A DNA stretch of 64,000 nucleotides from the human T2T-CHM13v2.0 reference genome, Homo sapiens. Below the pieces are notes generated by a model. The model saw only the letters and a program-made list of their open reading frames with translations. It did no database searches and was not told the DNA's origin. Position 1 is the first letter of the stretch. Every line of letters begins with the position of its first letter. Both the position numbers and the translations under genes were made by a program. Of this stretch, positions 1 to 13,275 are shown one piece after another. The stretch lies in the NCBI RefSeq assembly GCF_009914755.1, contig NC_060925.1; one strand, 5' to 3'.

Positions 1-547
1 CACTGTTTCTTTTAAATGTTTGTGTCCCTACTATGCAAAATCGTCCATTTAATTTCCCCACCCAACTCCTGAACCTTCGAGTAATAACTTCTAGGGAAGA
101 AGAAATAATAAAGAATGATTACACGATCTTATTTGGGCAAAAAGCTAACATATGGGTATCAAGGCCAAAAATATGGATTTCAAGAAAAAACATATGGACG
201 CCCATATGGAAAAAAAGGTTTCCTGGCCGGAAACTCTGTTGTTGCATTTTTTATGCCTATATGTATGGTACAGTTTTTCCCTTTTCTTGAACAACGCTGT
301 CTGCCGACAGATTATAACATTATAAATTCACATGCAAATTTTATAAAATGCTCCACTGTTATCATCTTTATTAGATTTTTTTTACATTCTCTTAATCCTT
401 TTCATCACTTAATAGCTCAACAAGTAATGGAGTTTTAGTAAAACGGTGAAGCTTATTACAATCAATCCTGTGGCTGAATCTCTCCTTGATGCTCAACTAA
501 TGAAACTTACTTTTCTCCAGAACCTCAAATAGAAAATCCTTTCCTTT

Positions 548-638
548 GCACACATACACATGCATGGGGATGTGCATATGCACACACGTGCACATGCACA
601 CGCACACATATGTGAGCAGACACATACACACGTACATA
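548..638. repeat. CA/TG-rich low-complexity, mostly alternating purine-pyrimidine tract
   Basis: gcacacatacacatgcatg...gcacacacgtgcacatgcacacgcacacatatgtg; explains ORF 546..737. Confidence 0.75.
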
Positions 639-932
639 TTAGGTGGCTCACTTATGATCTGGAAGAATAAGCCTGCTTTTGTCTTGAGAAACTACACAAG
701 CTTGGCAACAGTCACTTGCTCGTGCTCATCAGCTTAGATCCTAGACAGGACCCATACCATAGAGATAGCAAAACATGGGTCAACTAACAGGTATACTGTC
801 AATAAAGTTTCCATCTTAGTCTCTTAGAATTTATTCATGGAGACCTTTTTTAGGGGGCAGAGGAAATAAAGTTATCAAGAAAGAAGAGGAGGTTTTTAAG
901 GAAAACAAATATACTCTTAGTGTGGTGCCCGC

Positions 933-1240
933 TTTTTTTTTTTTTTTTTTTTTTGAGATGGAGGCTTGCTTTCTTGCCCAGGCTAGAGTGCAGTGGCACC
1001 ATCTCAGCTCCCCACAATCTCCACCTCCTGGGTTCAAGCAATTCTCCTGCCTTAGCCACCCGAGTAGCTGGGAGCTGGGACAACAGGCATGTGCCAGCAT
1101 GCCCGACTAATTTTTGTACTTTTAGTAGAGACGGAGTTTCACTGTGTTGGCCAGGCTGGTCTCGAACTCCTGACCTTGTGATCCTCCTGCCTTGGCCTCC
1201 CAAAGTGATGGGATTACAGGCATGAGCCACCGTGCCTGGC
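933..1240 (-). mobile_element. Alu SINE (AluS, Sg-like)
   Basis: T22 tail, full dimer. TSD tggtgcccgc (923-932) / tggtgctcac (1241-1250) followed by ttttaa (L1 endonuclease site on minus). Internal AGCTGGG duplication. Confidence 0.95.
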
Positions 1241-2109
1241 TGGTGCTCACTTTTAAGCAAGTAGATTCTTTGTGAGCAGGTATTTAAATTTGAAGTTATA
1301 TAATGAATAAAAGAAAACATTATTTAATGGAAAACTTAGTGTGCCCCTTATGGCATTCAGATAATTAGAACATAATGTTAAACTCTGATCTTAGAATATG
1401 ATACTTTAGGGGCAAATATATCAGGCATGCCTACCAAGAAGGAGACCCTCTCCCTAGAGATCTGTTTATTTTGCAGTTTTAAGGGGAAAGGGCATACTTC
1501 CTGATTTTTGGTCCCTGGAGCCCTAGATTTCTAGTAAGAGCATTGACTTCTGAAGGTTCCCTACAGCGTTTATATACTACCTCTCCTGGGGGAAAGAAAA
1601 CTAGCCTCTATGTAACAAAAAATCATATTATGGGGAGTTTAGCTGTGGTATTTCAAGCTATGAGGAAATATTTCAGTTCCTTCTATCCTCTTTATGGAAG
1701 CTAAAGTGGATGTTGGGGGTTTGGAGGACCTCAGTTCATGCAGGCTGAGTCTGTAGGATTTGTTCTGAACCAATTTATACCAACCGTCTAGAAGGCAAAG
1801 AAAGTAGGGAGAAATTAAATTCAGCGAAAGGACGAAGCAGTGGCAAGCTGATCTATGGCAATGAACACAGCACTGTCCTCACATACTTTAACAGCACTCA
1901 GCTATTACAGCAATTACAGCTAGCACATCTGAATTATTTAATCGTCCTCTCCACCACCCGCCCTGCTTGGCACCTCTAGAACCAGAATAAAAGCCCAACT
2001 CCTCCCCTCACTCTTTGCGTTCTTAATATATGATGGCCAACCTTGCCTTGTTTTAAGGCGATTTTCTTCAGATAAAGGTTACCGTGATCAGTCATTAACC
2101 ATATCCAGT

Positions 2110-2730
2110 TTCTGCCCACAAGAATAAAGTCCAAATTCCTTAGCTGCACATTTAAGACTACTCACAATCTGGTCCTAAGCTACCCTTCCAAACTTAGGTT
2201 CAGTGATTCCTTTTGATATGTACCAAACTCAACAAACTATTTGCTATTCGTTGAAACAAAACAAATATGGGACCGGCTTCCAAGCTTTTGTTCATGGAGT
2301 CCTTGCTGCCTAGAATGCTCCTCCATCCATTCTGTTTCCTTTAACAGCATGTATTGAGCAAACATTCTGCCAGGCAATATCACAGACAATGGAAATCTAT
2401 TGGTGGCCAAATACACACAGTTCCTGAATGGAGGGAGCTTACAATTTACTCAACATCTACACCATCCTTTGAGGTTCAGCAAGAATTACTCCATTCTATA
2501 TCAGATAAGACTGAAATTCCAGTGTCTAATGTAGTGCCAGGGCCCCATGAGGCACACAGGAATAAATAGGAGCTTTAAGGATATAAATAAAATGAACTTT
2601 AAAGATAAATCATGAAATAATTATGTTGCTATTAAAGAAATATTCAGCCCTCCATTCATCCAGTTGTCTATGTCATTTGTCCTAGACACAGTGTCTGGCA
2701 AGCAGTAAGCCATCAATACATCTTCATTTA
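2110..2730. mobile_element. LINE-2 fragments (plus pieces with a minus piece at about 2330-2450)
   Basis: aataaagtccaaattccttagc, gcctagaatgctc and cacagtgtctggcaagcagtaagccatcaatac resemble the L2 3' region; highly diverged. Confidence 0.55.
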
Positions 2731-5700
2731 ATTGTAAACAGGAAAGGACATATTTCCTTCCTTCAAGGAGCTTAAAATCTTATAGAAATGTATAAGATGT
2801 AAACACACAGGCAAGAAATACATACTAAAGTATGTATTTCTACATACATATTTCTAAGTATGTAGAAGTACATACTAAAAAGCTTATTGGAAAAACAATG
2901 TTGGCAAGGAAAATGACATGCTGCAAAGTAAAATAAATGTAAACTTTGTTTAGTGACTGCTCCTAAAAGGTACATTTGAAGGAAGGCTGCTTCATGATTA
3001 CTAAGGGAATCGAATGCACCAAACTACAGGAATCAAAACTAATTCAAACTTATTTTCTAAATGCAATGTAATGTTTGATTCAGTTAAAAGAGATGATATG
3101 ATTTGGAATTGAGTCAAAACAACACATTATTCAATGATTCTGGAAAGGTTTTTTCCAAAATGCATGTTGGCTTCAGTGTGTGGAAATGTTGACCTCCTGA
3201 CCTGGAACAGAGGCAAGTGATTTTCATTGTGTTTATACTGTGGATTTTTCTCATCTCTAATCCCGGTTTGCCAAATTGAGTATTCTGCCCCGATTATAAC
3301 CTATGTTCTGCTTGACTGTGGATCATCCTGCAAAAGCTATAACTATGGGTCAGATCAGGAAACTATGACCTGGTAGTGAATTTCATTTCACAGACTCGGG
3401 AGCCAAAATGTACACAGTCTTAAAAAAATAGATGCCTTAAAGCCAATGCTCAATTTCTCTTTTAAAGGTCTTTGGTCATAACTCCCTGAGTCAGGTAATT
3501 TGTCCTGCAAATATTCTGAAAGAGTCAGAATCAACGAGACAAACGCAAAATGAACTACACCAGCCAGGTCCTATGGTAGCTGGAGTGAATCATCTATATT
3601 TACACAGCCCCTCAATCAAATGCTTGGGTAGAGTAGCTGTGTTTATTTCTCTTGGTGGCATCTAATCTCTTTATTAAGTTTGTTGTCTTTACAGAGGAAC
3701 TAGCAGGCTATAACTTAAAGGCTCTCCTCCTTCCCTCCTAGCTGAAAATCTTATTTTTAGAAAGAACAAAAGACGAGGGAGCTGGGGACTCGGGAAAGAG
3801 GCAGTATGGGGAGGGAGGAGGAAGAGAGCGATTACTTGCCAAACCAGCACATGTTCACCAGAGAACACGGTCAAGTGGTCAGGAGCAGCACTGATGTTAA
3901 TTAGCAATGAAATGAGGAATGAACCAGCATTAGCCCCTAGACTAATCAATGGGAAAATCACTCCAAGCAGCAGCTTAATGAAGTAGTATACAGCTGTTTA
4001 TTTTTAGTCTGTTCTATCCTGATTCCTCCCCCATCCACGTTAATTTTTTTTAAAAAGATTTAAACTTGCTAAAATATATTTCTTTTCAAGTCTAGTACAG
4101 CTCTGATTTATGTATCTCCATTATAATTCCCTATAATTGCTGTTTTTCAATTTGTGTGGACAAACCATGCAAATTGGGCTGGGGGGCGGATAAACCCTTG
4201 CACCATGCCAGAAATATGCTTTTTCCTTTTTCCCATCTTTAGATAGACATCCATATTAGTTTTATTTTCTAAAACATCACTGCATTTCCTTGAAGTGTAA
4301 AACAGAGCTAATTTTTTAATAAGTGCACTGTGAATGAAATACTGTTGACAGCAAATAAGACCCTGTCGCCATTCCTTTCATGTGTGAGGAAAATTACTTA
4401 GAAAATTTTTGCTTGTTTCTTACTTTTAAAAATATGACTGTCATCCATCTAAGAGCAAACTCATAAAACCTATTAATTAAGACCTATTGATCACTGGGAT
4501 TTATTGATAGAAGGCACATCATGACATATATGGGGATCCAAAACTAAAGGGCCAATTAGGGTGAAAAAATCTTTTTCATTTTATCAGGATGGTGGAAAAA
4601 CAGGGTAGTCAGTTTAAATAGAGTCTCTCTTTGAGAATTTTTTCTTCAGCTCTAATTGGAAGATAAAATTTTCCTCTGAAGGATACAAATGTTCTTCTAC
4701 CTTAGCAAGTTCCAATAAACTAAAGGGACTTATCAAATGTCCAAATATTATTCACAACTCTGGAAACAGTCTTAGAGTCAACTTTTCCTTCTAATGATGG
4801 AGATGTTAGTGAAAGCACATTCACTAGCTATAGTCCGACTGACCTGAATGAAAATGTGAGTTACAGGACAAGGGAGGGCAAGGAAAAGAAATAAAAGGGA
4901 CCCAAAAAGAGCTCTTATCTTGTGCCTGTTTTTATTTTCTCCTTCCCTTTTTCTTTTTAATAACTTAACAAGTGGCAGCATTCCCCCATCATACAGAATA
5001 ATTAGTGTTTGCAGTGAGTTCAAATGGAAATCAGAACTTAACCATAAAAGACACAAAAATAGGTTTCCTTGCTTTCTCTTTAACTAGAGATTCAAAATCC
5101 AAAGTAAAATATCAGGTTTCTCCTTGTACTCATTCGTCTACCAAGTCCAAGTGTAAACACTGACTTTATTTATACCAAGGGTAAGAGTATACAAATGATT
5201 GATTTCTTACATTACATCACGACAAATGACATATACACAAATTCTCTCCCAAATAAAGTTTATGCAAACCTTTACTCATATCTGGAAAAAAATAGGCTAA
5301 AATTTTAGCAGATCGATGCTAAGGGTCATTGCTATTAATTGGGAGGAAAGAAGAACTACTCATGTTACTGGAAACATCTTCTGATACTTGGCCTGAGCAT
5401 CGTGATTCAGGGCCATTGCAATTTTTCAGTCATATTTTCCATAGAATAAAGTATCTTGAGAAAACAAAAACACAAACATAAAAGCAAACCCACTGCTAAA
5501 TGCAAACCTGGGAAACAACAGCACTCAGGTAATCCCCTTTATAGGCTGATTTGATAGCTCACGGAAATCGAAACAAAACACCAGTACTAGAACACCAACA
5601 GCTGGTTGGGAAATTGCCACAGATTGTTAGGGGGAGCTGCAAACTAGAGATAGGCAATGAAAAGGTTAGAAATGATAGTTAAAAAAAGACAAATTACTCC

Positions 5701-6440
5701 AAAGACCATATTCTTTAAATCGCTGAAGCAAAACATGTTTATTCGATTTGTTTGTATGCCTATTACAGAAATGCTACTTTGGGATTCTAGGAACCCAGTC
5801 TGTCAATTTTTCAGTTTCTGCACTTTCATGGTTGCTTAGAGCTGTTTAATGCAAATACACTTCCAATAAGAGATTTCATGCCCCTAAATTACACCCAGTT
5901 AAAAGCGAATGAAAATGTAAGGTAAATAACTATAATCAGCCATATTATCTTTCTCTTGGCACCTCTCACTTTACAGGCATATTTAAAGACATCTCTTGGG
6001 TCCTATCCTTTTTAACAAGCAGCAGCGTATTTCCTGGAATATTACTTAAGATGCTGTGCAGTGAACATTACACAGGTTAAAATGTTACCTAGAGACCTAG
6101 AAAGAATTGCATCTGTTGCAGAGCCATCTTTTTTTGCCACATTTTGGAATGTCTGAGAAGATGAAAGGGCATTTGCTGTGGAGGGGATGAAAAGAGATGA
6201 GAAGAGTTTAAGTTTGTCTTTTATGTTTAAGTTCATTGATCAGCCGTTGTGAAGAGCACAGAAGTTTGAAAAGTAACCCTGGGAAGAAATGAATGAGGAG
6301 GAAAGAAAATGTACAAATGAGAAGGACCCAGTGGATTTGCCATACAAAGTACCTCTGAGTAAAACCACTAAATTACTCTTGGGGTTGTGGGGAATTGAGA
6401 TGCCACTGGCCATTTTTGCCTTAGTTGACCTTTTTTGGGT

Positions 6441-6602
6441 CAGTAGTTTCTCAAACATCAATGTGCCTAAGGATCACCTTGTGAAGTGTTTAAGATTCAG
6501 AGTCCTGAGCCACCCTGAGAGATCTGGATTAAACAGATCAAGGAATCTGCATTTTTAACTAGCACTGCCAGTGAGTTTGTGGACTACACTGAGAAAATGG
6601 CT
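6441..6602. mobile_element. MER5A-like hAT-Charlie DNA transposon relic
   Basis: cagtagtttctcaaac start, ggaatctgcatttttaac core, tgagaaaatggct end (degenerate TIRs). Confidence 0.7.
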
Positions 6603-7059
6603 CTACAATGTTAAAAGCACACATATTTTTTAAAAATGACAAATGCCATTTCAAACAGACTTACAACCCATTTATATAGGCTTTCCCTGCAAAGTACACA
6701 GTTTTGACTTATAATCAAGCCTACAGGAATGTAACTAGCAAGGGAGCAAAGGAGAGCAGGAGATTAGAAGAAGAATCAATAAATGGCTCAAATATGTGAA
6801 ATAACCTTGTTCATCCAAAATACAGGATGGTGGTGTTCTAACTGTCATGGTAGGGTTCAATTGCCTCAGTTCAATTTTAGGAAAACTGGCAATCATTTCT
6901 TTTGCAGGGGACACAATTTCTGAAGAACCCAGTCCTTTAAAAAAAAAAAGTGAGCTATCACCCCACTATTGAGAGAGCAGCTACTAGCTCAGTATTGGTG
7001 TACCCAGATGGGCAGCCTAGCAGCCAAGGAAACAGAGGTGGGTCTATGTACTGTCCCAT

Positions 7060-7235
7060 CCTGTCACCCTTTATCAGTGAGACCTTGGGCAGAGCCTGGC
7101 TCATTTCCTGGCATACAATAGGCTTTCCTCATCTGCACAATGAATATGCATCCACATGTTAAACCACCACTTCGCAAATTATAAGGTTGAAATGAGATAA
7201 TAAAGTTGTGTCCTTAGCATACAGACTGGACCGTT
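7060..7235 (+). mobile_element. MIR SINE
   Basis: gaccttgggc...tttcctcatctgcacaatg...gaaatgagataat core. Confidence 0.65.
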
Positions 7236-7456
7236 GAGAAGTGCAGGGGGAAAAAATCAGAAAGATCTGATTTTAGATTTTTAGTCAAACTAAGCAAGAG
7301 GACTTAACATTTCAGCAACTCAGTTTGCACCATGAATTTCTCCACTCAATTTATGAGAATTACTATTCCCTTGAAGTGATTTAAGGAATCATTAAGATTT
7401 GGCAGTGGAAGGTGGGACTCATTTCATATACCATTACCCTTAAGCCGAGACTACTA

Positions 7457-7779
<323 letters not shown>

Positions 7780-10444
7780 AAGAAGTTGATACATTATGTT
7801 ACACCATTGGCCAAGAGGTAGTCACAGCTTTTATACCCTGAAAGTGCATTTGGATTTAATGATCATTTAGTATTTAGAATTTTTCCATAGAAACCAAGTC
7901 ATCAATGGAGCCTAGGTTTCTAGGTCACTGCACCACAGCTATAGAACACGTAAGTAAATGAACTATTGTTTTTATGGGAAAACATGTCTATGGAACACTG
8001 GGATACATTTTCTTCTACTGTTGTCCCAGGTGGAAAGGAAATCTTAGGCAGTAGGGAAGGCCACTGAGCCCTAGCCTCTTCTGCTCAATACACTCCCATT
8101 AGCTCAAGTGCCTCAGGGGTAGAACAGCACATTCTCTCCTCTGGCAGGATCCTGAGTCACAGGTAGGACTGGAAACATCTCCTAAGGGTCTCAGGAGAAG
8201 TAGTAACAGGGTGTGACTGAATGATCATCTGTACATATATTCTTTAAAAAGAAAACATTTGGGCTGTTCTCAGGAAATAAATGGCTAAGAAACTTTATAG
8301 ATAATGACAAGAAAGTTTCAGGGCTAAGTACTAAAGACACCTGGACTTTGTTTCTGTATCACTACTTGACCACTGTCATTAATGGCATAATCTGGGACAC
8401 TTGGAATTTAGTCTTTGAATAAATATTCTTATTAGTGCGAAACTTTATAGACAATGTTGACGATGTTTATATTCTTTCATATCATTGAGAAGTGATTTAA
8501 AAGAAATGCATTTATGTTATATTTCTACTCTTCATCCACTAATTTTAGCCTTGAAAACAAAGGCTTTGAAGCAGTCTCAAAGGCATTGGGTCGTCTGCTT
8601 AGGGCCACTGAAGATGAGGAAGAGAAATACTTCATTTATGTTTTGCAATCCTAGGACGCTTAGGAGATCATTTTGAAATTTCCCCTGGAACAGAATGTCT
8701 GCTAACATTCCTCTCTGACTTCAACATGTGAACACTTAAAGGTAATCACCAGCCATGGTGGCAGTTATAGGGGCTCTGCATAAGCCCTCTTGCAGCCTTG
8801 TTTCCCATCTGCATACAATGCAGTTACAGATCTCACACGGCACATACAGAAGCTGTCAGAGATACTGGGATGATGCTAACATTGATGTGCTTATGAGGGA
8901 AGACAGGGAATGTTTGGCTAAAATCCAAACAAAAGATGGGTGACAGAAGCAGCAGAAGCCAATCAGCCCACCAAGAAGGTGAGTCTGGCAGATGCTGGCA
9001 GATACAGAGGCCCAAAAGGTAGCTGGATTACCTACCTGCCAAGTCTCTGGATGTGGAGCCATAATGCACTGCTTCATCTGAGTTATGTCTTATGCCTAAG
9101 GCTTGTACATCAGAATCACTCACTGTATATCACAATGCACTAGACAGGTGTTTTCCTTCATCCCTCGCTTTTGTAAATTCAACAGTTTTGTCGTCTCTAT
9201 ATGCTATCCAAAGCTGCTTAAGAAATCCAAATTAGTGATTTTATCCTACAGAATCAGGAGCTTTTATAACCTCATTATAAAAGATTTAAACAATAAGGCA
9301 TGGATATCCCATAAATAAGTGTTTGTTGCACTTAACTACAGACTTTCATGGTCAGGAGCTACAGAGAAGAGTCAAAGAAGATGAGTTATCTCAAATAATG
9401 TGCCAGGGCTCCTGGGCCGACAACTTGCAAATCTGGAATTTTAGAGCTTTGCCAAAGACAAATAAAAAACCCTAAATATTCAGGTTTGATTCAGGATGCT
9501 TACTGCTTCCCCAGAAGCATGGAGGAAGATATCGCCCACTCATGTTGGTGTTCAGGCTGCTGACACTGGAAAGCTCCCAGAATCAAGCAGTAATGGGAAC
9601 ACTCCCTGAAGCACTTAGAGAATTGAGCAAAATTATATCTGGTGTGTGGATGCAAGAGTGTGTGTATTGTTTGGTCTGTTAAGTGGGGGCAAGAATTTTG
9701 ACCTAGTGTATAAATTTAATCCTAAGCTATGTGCCATATTACCTCAAACTTTTATATGAAGAGTCAGCCTCATGTTTTCTCTCTTGGTCCCAAATCATAA
9801 GGACCTTGACACTTTAAGGAGTGGACCAAGGGTAGATTATATAATAACATTTTAAACCGTGGCAGCTTGATCCCCTTTAGTTACACTAAGGGCTCACAGG
9901 TAATCATAATACATTTACTATATCTGTATCTTTAAATTGCAAAGTGTACACTGGAGAGAACTCCAGGACATGTAACCATATCCAGTTCTCGTGAATCTCA
10001 GATAATGACTATGAAGAGAAATAGCAGAAGTTAGAAGTGCACTAAGGGTGTCACATTGCCAAGTGAAATAAGCTTCTAGAATATTCATGCAGGGAGCCCA
10101 AATTTCTCACTTGCTAGCTCCCAGCTGTCAAACCAGAGGAAACTAAGGCTAGACTATGAGAAGCAATCCCAGATTCATTGCTGCTGGGGGTTGCTTCTTA
10201 ACCCTGTGATGATGTACCTATGTTAACAAAACATGATTGGAATTGAAAAACTACATGGAGATGGGCTGGGAGAGCCAAAAACTGCATCTGCTTTGTTGTG
10301 TGCATGGGGGGTGGGGGTTACAGGATGGGTACAGAATCAGAGTCAGAAGCTACAAAACTCCTTGGGAATTTATGTGGTCCCCCAAGTAAAGAATTAGAGA
10401 GAATTAATTCCCCCTTCTCAACTTCCTGACATATAGGACACTAG

Positions 10445-10806
<362 letters not shown>

Positions 10807-10900
10807 TTCTCCCATCTTTCTAATGTTTACCTGCATTCTCTTTGGCACTACAGCTGTATTCTTAAAAAGTAATTAGTGGCAAAGTGCCTACTGATACTTC

Positions 10901-11184
10901 TTTTATTTTTTTCAGGGACAGGGTCTCACTCTGCTGCCCAGGCTGGAGTACAGTGGCATGATCATAGCTCATTGTAGTCTCCTGGCTCAAGTGATCCTCC
11001 TGCCTCAGCCCCCCAAGCATCTGGGACTCCAGGTATGCACCACCATGCCCAGCTAATTTATTTTTTATTTTTATTTTTTTATAGAGATGGAATCTCACTA
11101 AGTTGCCCAAGCTGGTCTTAAGCTCCTGGCCTCAGGTGATCTACCTGCCATTGCCTCCCAAGTTGCAGGAATAACAGGCAAGTC
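10901..11184 (-). mobile_element. Alu SINE (AluJ)
   Basis: gatcatagctcattgtag AluJ signature; flanking atacttc-tttt direct repeats. Confidence 0.9.
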
Positions 11185-11343
11185 AATACTTCCTTTTTAT
11201 ATCTGAAGTTCATCTACATGATCTTCTCAAGACATCTCTCCCAACTGCTATTTCCTAAGCTTCTAATTTCTGAATCATCTCTTTATTCTCTATAACAATC
11301 CTGTATGGCAGTCCAGGTGGTTCTGACATTAAAAATGAGAATC

Positions 11344-11646
11344 GGCTGGGTGCGGTGGCTCACGCCTGTAATCCCAGCACTGTGGGACGCTGAGGCGGGC
11401 AGATCACCTGAGGTCAGGAGTTTCAGACCAGCCTTGCCAACATGGCAAAACCCCGTCTCTACTAAAAATACAAAAATTATCTTGGTGTGGTGGTGGGTGC
11501 CTATAATCCTAGCTACTTGGGAGGCTGAGGCAGGAGAATCCCTTGAACCCAGGAGGCAGAGGTTGCAGTGAGCCAGATCGCGCCACTGCACTCCAGCCTA
11601 GGCAACAGAGTCTCGAAAAAAAAGAAAAAAAAAAAAGGAAAAGGAA
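11344..11646 (+). mobile_element. Alu SINE (AluSx-like)
   Basis: Full dimer with A-rich tail; TSD aaaaatgagaatc / aataatgagaatt. Confidence 0.95.
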
Positions 11647-12505
11647 AATAATGAGAATTATTTCTACCTCCATGACAAAAGAGAGGAGAGAAACCACGAA
11701 GTCTCTTCTGTTCATGCTCCCACATATTGCCCACATACTCCTCAATGCTGGACCCATTCTTAGCATCTTTGAGAGTTCTGTAGTGAGCTGGTAAATAGTC
11801 CCATCTCTTCTGAGACTTCCACCAGCTAAGGAAGCATAAGAGCTTTTGAAATGGCTATGCAGCTCCATGTTGAACACAACACTAATGGCTGAAACGACAC
11901 TCAGTTCCTAGGCTGCACTACCTCATGGAACATGCTGATCTACTACATGACCACATGCATAGCATTGGATCTGCCAGCCTTTTTAGTGGCAGTTCTTTAC
12001 TGTTGACACATTTGGCCTGTGGTTCACAGTGACTGCTAGCCAACTGAACTCCATCCTGTTTGCACGTTCCTACTTGTTGAAACAGTACAAGGCTGTCATT
12101 GTTTCATCAAGCATTTATGAATGGCCTTTGTGTGAAAAGCACAGTCCTGGGGTTACTTTCATAGCCCAATTTTAAGGGAACACCTGTGCATAATTGTATA
12201 CATGTGTTTGTTTTCATGTTTGTGTGTATGTGTATACATGTTTCTCAGAGCTTTGCAAAACATACCTGGAATCGTGTACACTGTTATTCTCTTAGTCTTT
12301 TGTGTGTCCCAGGCCTATACCATCTAGCATAGACTGCCAGTGCTACATAATGCTGCACTGCAGGGAATCCCTGTCATGGGAAATGACTACAGGAGACATT
12401 ACCCAGCATGTTATTCTTCATGGAGTGCTTTTTGAAAGATCATGACTCTTGTAGCACCGGGCCAAGATCTTTTTTAAGCTAAAAGGCACTTAGACAAAGA
12501 GAGCC

Positions 12506-12562
12506 GTGTGTGTTTGTGTGTCTGTGGCTGTATGTGCATATATATGTGTGGTTGTGTGTGTT

Positions 12563-12593
<31 letters not shown>
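12506..12593. repeat. Compound (TG)n microsatellite
   Basis: Imperfect TG tract ending in a pure (GT)14 run at 12566-12593. Confidence 0.9.
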
Positions 12594-12599
<6 letters not shown>

Positions 12600-13089
12600 A
12601 CTATGGAGGAAAGAATGGAAAGAACGAGATTACAGGTCTGAGGTGATATGGTTAGAATCTGATTGCTCAGCTGTAAGGAATGGAGGGTGTGAACATGATT
12701 CACAGAGGAAACAGCAGGCAGTGGAACCCTGTACAGCTGGTCCCTGCTGGCCTATATACTCAGGGGATAGACTGAATCTCATTTGGAGAAATACTCAGAG
12801 ATGCAGAAGAGAAAAAAAAAACACTCTGAAGAGTAAGAAGTGCCTTGGGGAATTGAGGATGAGGACAGGGGATGTCCTGGTTAAACTAAATGCCCCTGAC
12901 ATGCCATCTATACCAACCACCCTCTGCAGCTCTGGCAGCATGCTACCAGGTATAGATCATTATTTGGTTAAAAAGACAAGAGGTAACTCTCTGCAGGATC
13001 CAATTATGTTCTTGCTTGGACACTTGAGCATTTGTTTTAAGGAGGACACGCAAACCCTGGGGCACAAGAGGGAGGAGGCAGTGGGCCTG

Positions 13090-13275
13090 ATTCAAAGAGC
13101 CTGGGTTCCCATCTCCACTCAGGGAAAATCCCTGAACCTCTTGATAATTCAGTAATTCAGTTTCCTCACCTGCAAAACAAGCATAGTGCCCGTACCTACC
13201 TTGCAGGGTTGCTGTACGTATTAAAGATTATTTCAAAAATGCCCCTAGCACAAAGGGACTCAGTAAGCAGTAACC
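13090..13275 (+). mobile_element. MIR SINE
   Basis: cctgggttc...tcagtttcctcacctgcaaaa...tacctaccttgcagggttgctg core. Confidence 0.75.

Noticed and set aside
115-438. 107-aa ORF with repeated YG motif
   Set aside because: The YG periodicity only reflects the ATATGG DNA repeat; no homology or splice support
831-1320. Overlapping ORFs, representative of all Alu-overlapping ORFs in the window
   Set aside because: Standard Alu translations ([21 protein letters not shown]), not genes
9498-9610. Minus-strand exon-like segment ending GCA|GTAAGC
   Set aside because: Weak acceptor and no recognisable peptide
12508-13155. Longest ORF in the track (215 aa)
   Set aside because: Non-ATG start inside a (TG)n microsatellite, ends in a MIR, no recognisable domain
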